Made by a program: the position numbers and the translations under genes
Source of the DNA: the human T2T-CHM13v2.0 reference genome, Homo sapiens
Assembly: GCF_009914755.1 (NCBI RefSeq)
Contig: NC_060939.1
DNA: 64,000 bases
Reading direction: 5' to 3' (one strand)
In this document: positions 24,744 through 39,700 of the stretch, piece after piece
Numbering within the stretch: the first letter of the stretch is position 1
Layout: each line of letters begins with the position of its first letter
The notes under the pieces: model-generated
Databases searched by the model: none
Seen by the model: the letters and a program-made list of their open reading frames with translations, nothing else
What the model was told of the DNA's origin: nothing

Positions 24744-27700
24744 TCTAAGCTCTGCCTAAAGGGGCATTGTGACAGATCTCTGCACTGATCACTCTGGTGA
24801 TGTAAGTATTTTCTAGGCTCTGCTTCAAGGGGCCTTGTCACATATCTCTGCACTGATCACCCAGGTGATGTAACTCTTGTCTAGGCTCTGCTTCCAGGGC
24901 ATATTGTGACATATCTATGCACTGATCACCTTAGTGATGTAACACTTTGGTAGCCTCGGCCTACAGGGGAATCTTGACAAATCTCTGCACTGTTAACCGA
25001 GGTGATTTAACTCTTGTCTAGGCTGTGCCCACAGGGGGATTGAGACATATCTCTGCACTGATCCCGAGGTGATACAACTCTTGCCTGGTCTCTGCCTACT
25101 GTGGACATTGTGACATATCTCTGCACTGATCTCCCAGGTGCTGTAACTTTAGTCTAGGCTCTGGTTACACGGCATTGTGACATATAACTGCACTGATCAC
25201 CCAGGCGATATAACTCTTCTCTAGGATCTGACCACAGGGTGCTTTGTGACATATCCCTGCAATGATCACCCAGGTGATATACCACTTGCCAAGGCTCTGC
25301 CTACAGGGGTATTGCAATGTATCTCTGCACTGATCACCTAGGTCTTGTAGCTATTTTCTAGGATCTGCCTACAGGGTGCTTTGTGAGGTGTCCCAGCAAG
25401 GATTACCCAGGTGATGTACCTCTCATCAAGGCTCTGCCTACAGGCACATTGTGATGTATCTCTGCACTGATCACCTAGGTCATGTAACTATTTTCTAGGC
25501 TCTACCTACGATGGCATTGTGACATATCTCTGCACTAATCATCCAAGTGATGTAACTCTTGTCTAGGATGTGCCTAAATTAACTTTTTGACATAACCCTG
25601 TACTGATCATCCAGGTGATGGAGCTTTTGTCTAGGCTCTGCCTAAGGGGGCATTGTGACATATTTCTGCATTGATCACCCAGGTGGCGAATTCTTCTCTC
25701 GGATCTGCCTATGGGGGCATTGTGAGAAATCTCTGCACTGATCACCCAGGTGATGTAACTGTTGTGTAACCTCTGCCTACAGGGGAACTGTGAGAGATCT
25801 CGTCACTCATTACCCAAGTGATGTAACCGTTCTCTAGGCTTTGCATACAGGGGGCTTTGTGACATACCTTTGCACTGATCACCCAGGTGATGTAACACAT
25901 CTAAGTTCGGCCTAAAGGAGCTTTGTGACTTATCTCTCCACTGATCACTTAGGTGATGTAACACTTTTATAATCACTGCCTACAGGGAATTTTGACAAAT
26001 CTCTGCACTGATCACCTAGGTGATGTAACTCTTGTCTACCCTCTGTCCAACGGGGCATTGTGAAATATCTCTGCACTGATCACCCAGGTGATTCAACTCC
26101 TGACTAGGAACTGCCTACAGAGGTTATTGTGAAATATCTCTGCACTGATAAACTAGGTGGTGTAACCCTTGTCCAAGCTCTGCCTACAGGGGCGTTTCCA
26201 CATATCCCTGAACTGATGACAGAGGTGATGTAACTCTTGCCTAGGCTTTGCCTACAGGGAACATTGGACATATATCTGCACTGATCACCCAGGTGATGCA
26301 ACTCTTGCCTAGGCTTTGCCTACAGGGGACATTGTGACATATCTCTTCAATGATCACTCATGTGATGCATCTCTTGCCTAGGCTTTGCCTACAGGGGACA
26401 TTGTGACATATCTCTGCACTGATTTCCCAGGTGTTGTAACTTTAGTCTAGGCTCTGGCTACACGGCATTGTGACATATCACTGCACTGATCAACCAGGTG
26501 ATATAACTCTTGTATAGGCTCTGCCTACAGGGGGATTTTGACCTACCTCTGCACTGATCACCCAGGTGATATAACTCTTCTCTAGGATCTTCCTACAGGG
26601 TACTTTGTGACATATTCCTGCACTGATCACCCAGGTGATCTATCTCTGGTCTAAGCTCTGCCTAAAGGGGCATTGTGACAGATCTCTGCACTGATCACTC
26701 TGGTGATGCAAGTATTGTCTAGGCTCTGCTTCAAGGGGCCTTGTCACATATCTCTGCACTGATCACCCAGGTGATGTAACTCTTGTCTAGGCTCTGCTTC
26801 CAGGGCATATTGTGACATATCTATGCACTGATCACCTTAGTGATGTAACACTTTGGTAGGCTCGGCCTACAGGGGAATCTTGACATATCTCTGCACTGTT
26901 AACCGAGGTGATTTAACTCTTCTCTAGGCTGTGCCCACAGGGGGATTGAGACATATCTCTGCACTGATCCCGAGGTGATACAATTCTTGCCTGGTCTCTG
27001 CCTACTGTGGACATTGGGACATATCGCTGCACTGATCTCCCAGGTGCTGTAACCTTAGTCTAGGCTCTGGCTACACGGCATTGTGACATATCACTGCACT
27101 GATCACCCAGGCGATATAACTCTTCTCTAGGATCTGACCACTGGGTGCTTTGTGACATATCCCTGCAATGGTCACCCAGGTGATATACCACTTGCCAAGG
27201 CTCTGCCTACAGGGGCATTGCAATGTATCTCTGCACTGATCACCTAGGTCTTGTAGCTATTTTCTAGGATCTGCCTACAGGGTGCTTTGTGACGTGTCCC
27301 AGCAAGGATTACCCAGGTGATGTACCTCTCATCAAGGCTCTGCCTACAGGCACATTGTGATGTATCTCTGCACTGATCACCTAGGTCATGTAAATTTTGT
27401 CTAGGCTCTACCTACGATGGCATTGTGACATATCTCTGCACTAATCATCCAAGTGATGTAACTCTTGTCTAGGATGTGCCTAAATTAACTTTTTGACATA
27501 ACCCTGTACTGATCATCCAGGTGATGGAGCTTTTGTCTAGGCTCTGCCTAAGGGGGCATTGTGACATATTTCTGCATTGATCACCCAGGTGGCGAACTCT
27601 TCTCTCGGATCTGCCTATGGGGGCATTGTGAGAAATCTCTGCACTGATAACCCAGGTGATGTAACTGTTGTGTAAGCTCTGCCTACAGGGGAATTGTGAG

Positions 27701-30700
27701 AGATCTCGTCACTGATTACACAAGTGATGTAACCGTTGTCTAGGCTTTGCATACAGGGGGCTTTGTGACATACCTTTGCACTGATCACCCAGGTGATGTA
27801 ACACATCTAAGTTCGGCCTAAAGGAGCTTTGTGACATATCTCTGTACTGATCACTTAGGTGATGTAACACTTTTATAATCACTTCCTACAGGGAATTTTG
27901 ACAAATCTCTGCTCTGATCACCTAGGTGATGTAACACTTGTCTCCCCTCTGTCCAACGGGGCATTGTGAAATATCTCTGCACTGATCACCCAGGTGATTC
28001 AACTCTTGACTAGGAACTGCCTACAGAGGTTATTGTGAAATATCTCTGCACTGATAAACTAGGTGGTGTAAACCTTGTCCAAGCGCTGCCTACAGGGGTG
28101 TGTCCACATATCCCTGAACTGATGACAAAGGTGATGTAACTCTGGCCTAGGCTTTGCCTACAGGGTACATTGGACATATATCTGCACTGATCACCCAGGT
28201 GATGCAACTCTTGCCTAGGCTTTGCCTACAGGGGACATTGTGACATATCTCTTCAATGATCACTCATGTGATGCATCTCTTGCCTAGGCTTTGCCTACCG
28301 GGGACATTGTGACATATCTCTGCACTGATCTCCCAGGTGCTGTAACTTTAGTCTAGGCTCTGGCTACACGGCATTGTGACATATCACTGCACTGATCAAC
28401 CAGGTGATATAACTCTTGTATAGGCTCTGCCTACAGGGGGATTGTGACCTACCTCTGCACTGATCACCCAGGTGATATAACTCTTCTCTAGGGTCTCCCT
28501 ACAGTGTACTTTGTGACATATCCCTGCACTGATCACCCAGGTGATCTATCTCTGGTCTAAGCTCTGCCTAAAGGGGCATTGTGACAGATCTCTGCACTGA
28601 TCACTCAGGTGATGTAAGTATTGTCTAGGCTCTGCTTCAAGGGGCCTTGTCACATATCTCTGCACTGATCACCCAGGTGATGTAACTCTTGTCTAGGCTC
28701 TGCTTCCAGGGCATATTGTGACATATCTATGCACTGATCACCTTAGTGATGTAACACTTTGGTAGGCTCGGCCTACACGGGAATCTTGACATATATCTGC
28801 ACTGTTAACCGAGGTGATTTAACTCTTGTCTAGGCTGTGCCCACAGGGGGATTGAGACATATCTCTGCACTGATCCCGAGGTGATACAACTCTTGCCTGG
28901 TCTCTGCCTACTGTGGACATTGTGACATATCTCTGCACTGATCTCTCAGGTGCTGTAACTTTAGTCTAGGCTCTGGCTACACGGCATTGTGACATATCAC
29001 TGCACTGATCACCCAGGCGATATAACTCTTCTCTAGGATCTGACCACAGGGTGCTTTGTGACATATCCCTGCAATGATCACCCAGGTGATATACCACTTG
29101 CCAAGGCTCTGCCTACAGGGGCATTGCAATGTATCTCTGCACTGATCACCTAGGTCTTGTAGCTATTTTCTAGGATCTGCCTACAGGGTGCTTTGTGACG
29201 TGTCCCAGCAAGGATTACCCAGGTGATGTACCTCTCATCAAGGCTCTGCCTACAGGCACATTGTGATGTATCTCTGCACTGATCACCTAGGTCATGTAAC
29301 TTTTTTCTAGGCTCTACCTACGATGGCATTGTGACATATCTCTGCACTAATCATCCAAGTGATGTAACTCTTGTCTAGGATGTGCCTAAATTAACTTTTT
29401 GACATAACCCTGTACTGATCATCCAGGTGATGGAGCTTTTGTCTAGGCTCTGCCTAAGGGGGCATTGTGACATATTTCTGCATTGATCACCCAGGTGGCG
29501 AACTCTTCTCTCGGATCTGCCTATGGGGGCATTGTTAGAAATCTCTGCACTGATCACCCAGGTGATGTAACTGTTGTGTAACCTCTGCCTACAGGGGAAT
29601 TGTGAGAGATCTCGTCAATGATTACCCAAGGGATGTAACCGTTGTCTAGGCTTTGCATACAGGGGGCTTTGTGACATACCTTTGCACTGATCACCCAGGT
29701 GATGTAACACATCTAAGTTCGGCCTAAAGGAGCTTTGTGACATATCTCTGCACTGATCACTTAGGTGATGTAACACTTTTATAATCACTGCCTACAGGGA
29801 ATTTTGACAAATCTCTGCACTGATCACCTAGGTGATGTAACTCTTGTCTACCCTCTGTCCAACGGGGCATTGTGAAATATCTCTGCACTGATCACCCAGG
29901 TGATTCAACTCCTGACTAGGAACTGCCTACAGAGGTTATTGTGAAATATCTCTGCACTGATAAACTAGGTGGTGTAACCCTTGTCCAAGCTCTGCCTACA
30001 GGGGCGTTTCCACATATCCCTGAACTGATGACAGAGGTGATGTAACTCTTGCCTAGGCTTTGCCTACAGGGAACATTGGACATATATCTGCACTGATCAC
30101 CCAGGTGATGCAACTCTTGCCTAGGCTTTGCCTACAGGGGACATTGTGACATATCTCTTCAATGATCACTCATGTGATGCATCTCTTGCCTAGGCTTTGC
30201 CTACAGGGGACATTGTGACATATCTCTGCACTGATTTCCCAGGTGTTGTAACTTTAGTCTAGGCTCTGGCTACACGGCATTGTGACATATCACTGCACTG
30301 ATCAACCAGGTGATATAACTCTTGTATAGGCTCTGCCTACAGGGGGATTTTGACCTACCTCTGCACTGATCACCCAGGTGATATAACTCTTCTCTAGGAT
30401 CTTCCTACAGGGTACTTTGTGACATATTCCTGCACTGATCACCCAGGTGATCTATCTCTGGTCTAAGCTCTGCCTAAAGGGGCATTGTGACAGATCTCTG
30501 CACTGATCACTCTGGTGATGTAAGTATTGTCTAGGCTCTGCTTCAAGGGGCCTTGTCACATATCTCTGCACTGATCACCCAGGTGATGTAACTCTTGTCT
30601 AGGCTCTGCTTCCAGGGCATATTGTGACATATCTATGCACTGATCACCTTAGTGATGTAACACTTTGGTAGGCTCGGCCTACAGGGGAATCTTGACATAT

Positions 30701-33700
30701 CTCTGCACTGTTAACCGAGGTGATTTAACTCTTCTCTAGGCTGTGCCCACAGGGGGATTGAGACATATCTCTGCACTGATCCCGAGGTGATACAATTCTT
30801 GCCTGGTCTCTGCCTACTGTGGACATTGGGACATATCGCTGCACTGATCTCCCAGGTGCTGTAACCTTAGTCTAGGCTCTGGCTACACGGCATTGTGACA
30901 TATCACTGCACTGATCACCCAGGCGATATAACTCTTCTCTAGGATCTGACCACTGGGTGCTTTGTGACATATCCCTGCAATGGTCACCCAGGTGATATAC
31001 CACTTGCCAAGGCTCTGCCTACAGGGGCATTGCAATGTATCTCTGCACTGATCACCTAGGTCTTGTAGCTATTTTCTAGGATCTGCCTACAGGGTGCTTT
31101 GTGACGTGTCCCAGCAAGGATTACCCAGGTGATGTACCTCTCATCAAGGCTCTGCCTACAGGCACATTGTGATGTATCTCTGCACTGATCACCTAGGTCA
31201 TGTAAATTTTGTCTAGGCTCTACCTACGATGGCATTGTGACATATCTCTGCACTAATCATCCAAGTGATGTAACTCTTGTCTAGGATGTGCCTAAATTAA
31301 CTTTTTGACATAACCCTGTACTGATCATCCAGGTGATGGAGCTTTTGTCTAGGCTCTGCCTAAGGGGGCATTGTGACATATTTCTGCATTGATCACCCAG
31401 GTGGCGAACTCTTCTCTCGGATCTGCCTATGGGGGCATTGTGAGAAATCTCTGCACTGATAACCCAGGTGATGTAACTGTTGTGTAAGCTCTGCCTACAG
31501 GGGAATTGTGAGAGATCTCGTCACTGATTACACAAGTGATGTAACCGTTGTCTAGGCTTTGCATACAGGGGGCTTTGTGACATACCTTTGCACTGATCAC
31601 CCAGGTGATGTAACACATCTAAGTTCGGCCTAAAGGAGCTTTGTGACATATCTCTGTACTGATCACTTAGGTGATGTAACACTTTTATAATCACTTCCTA
31701 CAGGGAATTTTGACAAATCTCTGCTCTGATCACCTAGGTGATGTAACACTTGTCTCCCCTCTGTCCAACGGGGCATTGTGAAATATCTCTGCACTGATCA
31801 CCCAGGTGATTCAACTCTTGACTAGGAACTGCCTACAGAGGTTATTGTGAAATATCTCTGCACTGATAAACTAGGTGGTGTAAACCTTGTCCAAGCGCTG
31901 CCTACAGGGGTGTGTCCACATATCCCTGAACTGATGACAAAGGTGATGTAACTCTGGCCTAGGCTTTGCCTACAGGGTACATTGGACATATATCTGCACT
32001 GATCACCCAGGTGATGCAACTCTTGCCTAGGCTTTGCCTACAGGGGACATTGTGACATATCTCTTCAATGATCACTCATGTGATGCATCTCTTGCCTAGG
32101 CTTTGCCTACCGGGGACATTGTGACATATCTCTGCACTGATCTCCCAGGTGCTGTAACTTTAGTCTAGGCTCTGGCTACACGGCATTGTGACATATCACT
32201 GCACTGATCAACCAGGTGATATAACTCTTGTATAGGCTCTGCCTACAGGGGGATTGTGACCTACCTCTGCACTGATCACCCAGGTGATATAACTCTTCTC
32301 TAGGGTCTCCCTACAGTGTACTTTGTGACATATCCCTGCACTGATCACCCAGGTGATCTATCTCTGGTCTAAGCTCTGCCTAAAGGGGCATTGTGACAGA
32401 TCTCTGCACTGATCACTCAGGTGATGTAAGTATTGTCTAGGCTCTGCTTCAAGGGGCCTTGTCACATATCTCTGCACTGATCACCCAGGTGATGTAACTC
32501 TTGTCTAGGCTCTGCTTCCAGGGCATATTGTGACATATCTATGCACTGATCACCTTAGTGATGTAACACTTTGGTAGGCTCGGCCTACACGGGAATCTTG
32601 ACATATATCTGCACTGTTAACCGAGGTGATTTAACTCTTGTCTAGGCTGTGCCCACAGGGGGATTGAGACATATCTCTGCACTGATCCCGAGGTGATACA
32701 ACTCTTGCCTGGTCTCTGCCTACTGTGGACATTGTGACATATCTCTGCACTGATCTCTCAGGTGCTGTAACTTTAGTCTAGGCTCTGGCTACACGGCATT
32801 GTGACATATCACTGCACTGATCACCCAGGCGATATAACTCTTCTCTAGGATCTGACCACAGGGTGCTTTGTGACATATCCCTGCAATGATCACCCAGGTG
32901 ATATACCACTTGCCAAGGCTCTGCCTACAGGGGCATTGCAATGTATCTCTGCACTGATCACCTAGGTCTTGTAGCTATTTTCTAGGATCTGCCTACAGGG
33001 TGCTTTGTGACGTGTCCCAGCAAGGATTACCCAGGTGATGTACCTCTCATCAAGGCTCTGCCTACAGGCACATTGTGATGTATCTCTGCACTGATCACCT
33101 AGGTCATGTAACTTTTTTCTAGGCTCTACCTACGATGGCATTGTGACATATCTCTGCACTAATCATCCAAGTGATGTAACTCTTGTCTAGGATGTGCCTA
33201 AATTAACTTTTTGACATAACCCTGTACTGATCATCCAGGTGATGGAGCTTTTGTCTAGGCTCTGCCTAAGGGGGCATTGTGACATATTTCTGCATTGATC
33301 ACCCAGGTGGCGAACTCTTCTCTCGGATCTGCCTATGGGGGCATTGTTAGAAATCTCTGCACTGATCACCCAGGTGATGTAACTGTTGTGTAACCTCTGC
33401 CTACAGGGGAATTGTGAGAGATCTCGTCAATGATTACCCAAGGGATGTAACCGTTGTCTAGGCTTTGCATACAGGGGGCTTTGTGACATACCTTTGCACT
33501 GATCACCCAGGTGATGTAACACATCTAAGTTCGGCCTAAAGGAGCTTTGTGACATATCTCTGCACTGATCACTTAGGTGATGTAACACTTTTATAATCAC
33601 TGCCTACAGGGAATTTTGACAAATCTCTGCACTGATCACCTAGGTGATGTAACTCTTGTCTACCCTCTGTCCAACGGGGCATTGTGAAATATCTCTGCAC

Positions 33701-36700
33701 TGATCACCCAGGTGATTCAACTCCTGACTAGGAACTGCCTACAGAGGTTATTGTGAAATATCTCTGCACTGATAAACTAGGTGGTGTAACCCTTGTCCAA
33801 GCTCTGCCTACAGGGGCGTTTCCACATATCCCTGAACTGATGACAGAGGTGATGTAACTCTTGCCTAGGCTTTGCCTACAGGGAACATTGGACATATATC
33901 TGCACTGATCACCCAGGTGATGCAACTCTTGCCTAGGCTTTGCCTACAGGGGACATTGTGACATATCTCTTCAATGATCACTCATTTGATGCATCTCTTG
34001 CCTAGGCTTTGCCTACAGGGGACATTGTGACATATCTCTGCACTGATTTCCCAGGTGTTGTAACTTTAGTCTAGGCTCTGGCTACACGGCATTGTGACAT
34101 ATCACTGCACTGATCAACCAGGTGATATAACTCTTGTATAGGCTCTGCCTACAGGGGGATTTTGACCTACCTCTGCACTGATCACCCAGGTGATATAACT
34201 CTTCTCTAGGATCTTCCTACAGGGTACTTTGTGACATATTCCTGCACTGATCACCCAGGTGATCTATCTCTGGTCTAAGCTCTGCCTAAAGGGGCATTGT
34301 GACAGATCTCTGCACTGATCACTCTGGTGATGCAAGTATTGTCTAGGCTCTGCTTCAAGGGGCCTTGTCACATATCTCTGCACTGATCACCCAGGTGATG
34401 TAACTCTTGTCTAGGCTCTGCTTCCAGGGCATATTGTGACATATCTATGCACTGATCACCTTAGTGATGTAACACTTTGGTAGGCTCGGCCTACAGGGGA
34501 ATCTTGACATATCTCTGCACTGTTAACCGAGGTGATTTAACTCTTGTCTAGGCTGTGCCCACAGGGGGATTGAGACATATCTCTGCACTGATCCCGAGGT
34601 GATACAATTCTTGCCTGGTCTCTGCCTACTGTGGACATTGATACATATCGCTGCACTGATCTCCCAGGTGCTGTAACTTTAGTCTAGGCTCTGGCTACAC
34701 GACATTGTGACATATCACTGCACTGATCACCCAGGCGATATAACTCTTCTCTAGGATCTGACCACAGGGTGCTTTGTGACATATTCCTGCAATGATCACC
34801 CAGGTGATATACCACTTGCCAAGGCTCTGCCTACAGGGGCATTGCAATGTATCTCTGCACTGATCACCTAGGTCTTGTAGCTATTTTCTAGGATCTGCCT
34901 ACAGGGTGCTTTGTGACGTGTCCCAGCAAGGATTACCCAGGTGATGTACCTCTCATCAAGGCTCTGCCTACAGGCACATTGTGATGTATCTCTGCACTGA
35001 TCACCTAGGTCATGTAAATTTTGTCTAGGCTCTACCTACGATGGCATTGTGACATATCTCTGCACTAATCATCCAAGTGATGTAACTCTTGTCTAGGATG
35101 TGCCTAAATTAACTTTTTGACATAACCCTGTACTGATCATCCAGGTGATGGAGCTTTTGTCTAGGCTCTGCCTAAGGGGGCATTGTGACATATTTCTGCA
35201 TTGATCACCCAGGTGGCGAACTCTTCTCTCGGATCTGCCTATGGGGGCATTGTGAGAAATCTCTGCACTGATAACCCAGGTGATGTAACTGTTGTGTAAG
35301 CTCTGCCTACAGGGGAATTGTGAGAGATCTCGTCACTGATTACACAAGTGATGTAACCGTTGTCTAGGCTTTGCATACAGGGGGCTTTGTGACATACCTT
35401 TGCACTGATCACCCAGGTGATGTAACACATCTAAGTTCGGCCTAAAGGAGCTTTGTGACATATCTCTGTACTGATCACTTAGGTGATGTAACACTTTTAT
35501 AATCACTTCCTACAGGGAATTTTGACAAATCTCTGCTCTGATCACCTAGGTGATGTAACACTTGTCTCCCCTCTGTCCAACGGGGCATTGTGAAATATCT
35601 CTGCACTGATCACCCAGGTGATTCAACTCTTGACTAGGAACTGCCTACAGAGGTTATTGTGAAATATCTCTGCACTGATAAACTAGGTGGTGTAAACCTT
35701 TTCCAAGCGCTGCCTACAGGGGTGTGTCCACATATCCCTGAACTGATGACAAAGGTGATGTAACTCTGGCCTAGGCTTTGCCTACAGGGTACATTGGACA
35801 TATATCTGCACTGATCACCCAGGTGATGCAACTCTTGCCTAGGCTTTGCCTACAGGGGACATTGTGACATATCTCTTCAATGATCACTCATGTGATGCAT
35901 CTCTTGCCTAGGCTTTGCCTACCGGGGACATTGTGACATATCTCTGCACTGATCTCCCAGGTGCTGTAACTTTAGTCTAGGCTCTGGCTACACGGCATTG
36001 TGACATATCACTGCACTGATCAACCAGGTGATATAACTCTTGTATAGGCTCTGCCTACAGGGGGATTGTGACCTACCTCTGCACTGATCACCCAGGTGAT
36101 ATAACTCTTCTCTAGGATCTTCCTACAGTGTACTTTGTGACATATCCCTGCACTGATCACCCAGGTGATCTATCTCTGGTCTAAGCTCTGCCTAAAGGGG
36201 CATTGTGAGAGATCTCTGCACTGATCACTCAGGTGATGTAAGTATTGTCTAGGCTCTGCTTCAAGGGGCCTTGTCACATATCTCTGCACTGATCACCCAG
36301 GTGATGTAACTCTTGTCTAGGCTCTGCTTCCAGGGCATATTGTGACATATCTATGCACTGATCACCTTAGTGATGTAACACTTTGGTAGGCTCGGCCTAC
36401 ACGGGAATCTTGACATATATCTGCACTGTTAACCGAGGTGATTTAACTCTTGTCTAGGCTGTGCCCACAGGGGGATTGAGACATATCTCTGCACTGATCC
36501 CGAGGTGATACAACTCTTGCCTGGTCTCTGCCTACTGTGGACATTGTGACATATCTCTGCACTGATCTCTCAGGTGCTGTAACTTTAGTCTAGGCTCTGG
36601 CTACACGGCATTGTGACATATCACTGCACTGATCACCCAGGCGATATAACTCTTCTCTAGGATCTGACCACAGGGTGCTTTGTGACATATCCCTGCAATG

Positions 36701-39700
36701 ATCACCCAGGTGATATACCACTTGCCAAGGCTCTGCCTACAGGGGCATTGCAATGTATCTCTGCACTGATCACCTAGGTCTTGTAGCTATTTTCTAGGAT
36801 CTGCCTACAGGGTGCTTTGTGACGTGTCCCAGCAAGGATTACCCAGGTGATGTACCTCTCATCAAGGCTCTGCCTACAGGCACATTGTGATGTATCTCTG
36901 CACTGATCACCTAGGTCATGTAACTTTTTTCTAGGCTCTACCTACGATGGCATTGTGACATATCTCTGCACTAATCATCCAAGTGATGTAACTCTTGTCT
37001 AGGATGTGCCTAAATTAACTTTTTGACATAACCCTGTACTGATCATCCAGGTGATGGAGCTTTTGTCTAGGCTCTGCCTAAGGGGGCATTGTGACATATT
37101 TCTGCATTGATCACCCAGGTGGCGAACTCTTCTCTCGGATCTGCCTATGGGGGCATTGTTAGAAATCTCTGCACTGATCACCCAGGTGATGTAACTGTTG
37201 TGTAACCTCTGCCTACAGGGGAATTGTGAGAGATCTCGTCAATGATTACCCAAGGGATGTAACCGTTGTCTAGGCTTTGCATACAGGGGGCTTTGTGACA
37301 TACCTTTGCACTGATCACCCAGGTGATGTAACACATCTAAGTTCGGCCTAAAGGAGCTTTGTGACATATCTCTGCACTGATCACTTAGGTGATGTAACAC
37401 TTTTATAATCACTGCCTACAGGGAATTTTGACAAATCTCTGCACTGATCACCTAGGTGATGTAACTCTTGTCTACCCTCTGTCCAACGGGGCATTGTGAA
37501 ATATCTCTGCACTGATCACCCAGGTGATTCAACTCCTGACTAGGAACTGCCTACAGAGGTTATTGTGAAATATCTCTGCACTGATAAACTAGGTGGTGTA
37601 ACCCTTGTCCAAGCTCTGCCTACAGGGGCGTTTCCACATATCCCTGAACTGATGACAGAGGTGATGTAACTCTTGCCTAGGCTTTGCCTACAGGGAACAT
37701 TGGACATATATCTGCACTGATCACCCAGGTGATGCAACTCTTGCCTAGGCTTTGCCTACAGGGGACATTGTGACATATCTCTTCAATGATCACTCATGTG
37801 ATGCATCTCTTGCCTAGGCTTTGCCTACAGGGGACATTGTGACATATCTCTGCACTGATTTCCCAGGTGTTGTAACTTTAGTCTAGGCTCTGGCTACACG
37901 GCATTGTGACATATCACTGCACTGATCAACCAGGTGATATAACTCTTGTATAGGCTCTGCCTACAGGGGGATTTTGACCTACCTCTGCACTGATCACCCA
38001 GGTGATATAACTCTTCTCTAGGATCTTCCTACAGGGTACTTTGTGACATATTCCTGCACTGATCACCCAGGTGATCTATCTCTGGTCTAAGCTCTGCCTA
38101 AAGGGGCATTGTGACAGATCTCTGCACTGATCACTCTGGTGATGTAAGTATTGTCTAGGCTCTGCTTCAAGGGGCCTTGTCACATATCTCTGCACTGATC
38201 ACCCAGGTGATGTAACTCTTGTCTAGGCTCTGCTTCCAGGGCATATTGTGACATATCTATGCACTGATCACCTTAGTGATGTAACACTTTGGTAGGCTCG
38301 GCCTACAGGGGAATCTTGACATATCTCTGCACTGTTAACCGAGGTGATTTAACTCTTGTCTAGGCTGTGCCCACAGGGGGATTGAGACATATCTCTGCAC
38401 TGATCCCGAGGTGATACAATTCTTGCCTGGTCTCTGCCTACTGTGGACATTGGGACATATCGCTGCACTGATCTCCCAGGTGCTGTAACTTTAGTCTAGG
38501 CTCTGGCTACACGGCATTGTGACATATCACTGCACTGATCACCCAGGCGATATAACTCTTCTCTAGGATCTGACCACAGGGTGCTTTGTGACATATCCCT
38601 GCAATGATCACCCAGGTGATATACCACTTGCCAAGGCTCTGCCTACAGGGGCATTGCAATGTATCTCTGCACTGATCACCTAGGTCTTGTAGCTATTTTC
38701 TAGGATCCGCCTACAGGGTGCTTTGTGACGTGTCCCAGCAAGGATTACCCAGGTGATGTACCTCTCATCAAGGCTCTGCCTACAGGCACATTGTGATGTA
38801 TCTCTGCACTGATCACCTAGGTCATGTAAATTTTGTCTAGGCTCTACCTACGATGGCATTGTGACATATCTCTGCACTAATCATCCAAGTGATGTAACTC
38901 TTGTCTAGGATGTGCCTAAATTAACTTTTTGACATAATCCTGTACTGATCATCCAGGTGATGGAGCTTTTGTCTAGGCTCTGCCTAAGGGGGCATTGTGA
39001 CATATTTCTGCATTGATCACCCAGGTGGCGAACTCTTCTCTCGGATCTGCCTATGGGGGCATTGTGAGAAATCTCTGCACTGATAACCCAGGTGATGTAA
39101 CTGTTGTGTAAGCTCTGCCTACAGGGGAATTGTGAGAGATCTCGTCACTGATTACACAAGTGATGTAACCGTTGTCTAGGCTTTGCATACAGGGGGCTTT
39201 GTGACATACCTTTGCACTGATCACCCAGGTGATGTAACACATCTAAGTTCGGCCTAAAGGAGCTTTGTGACATATCTCTGTACTGATCACTTAGGTGATG
39301 TAACACTTTTATAATCACTTCCTACAGGGAATTTTGACAAATCTCTGCTCTGATCACCTAGGTGATGTAACACTTGTCTCCCCTCTGTCCAACGGGGCAT
39401 TGTGAAATATCTCTGCACTGATCACCCAGGTGATTCAACTCTTGACTAGGAACTGCCTACAGAGGTTATTGTGAAATATCTCTGCACTGATAAACTAGGT
39501 GGTGTAAACCTTGTCCAAGCGCTGCCTACAGGGGTGTGTCCACATATCCCTGAACTGATGACAAAGGTGATGTAACTCTGGCCTAGGCTTTGCCTACAGG
39601 GTACATTGGACATATATCTGCACTGATCACCCAGGTGATGCAACTCTTGCCTAGGCTTTGCCTACAGGGGACATTGTGACATATCTCTTCAATGATCACT

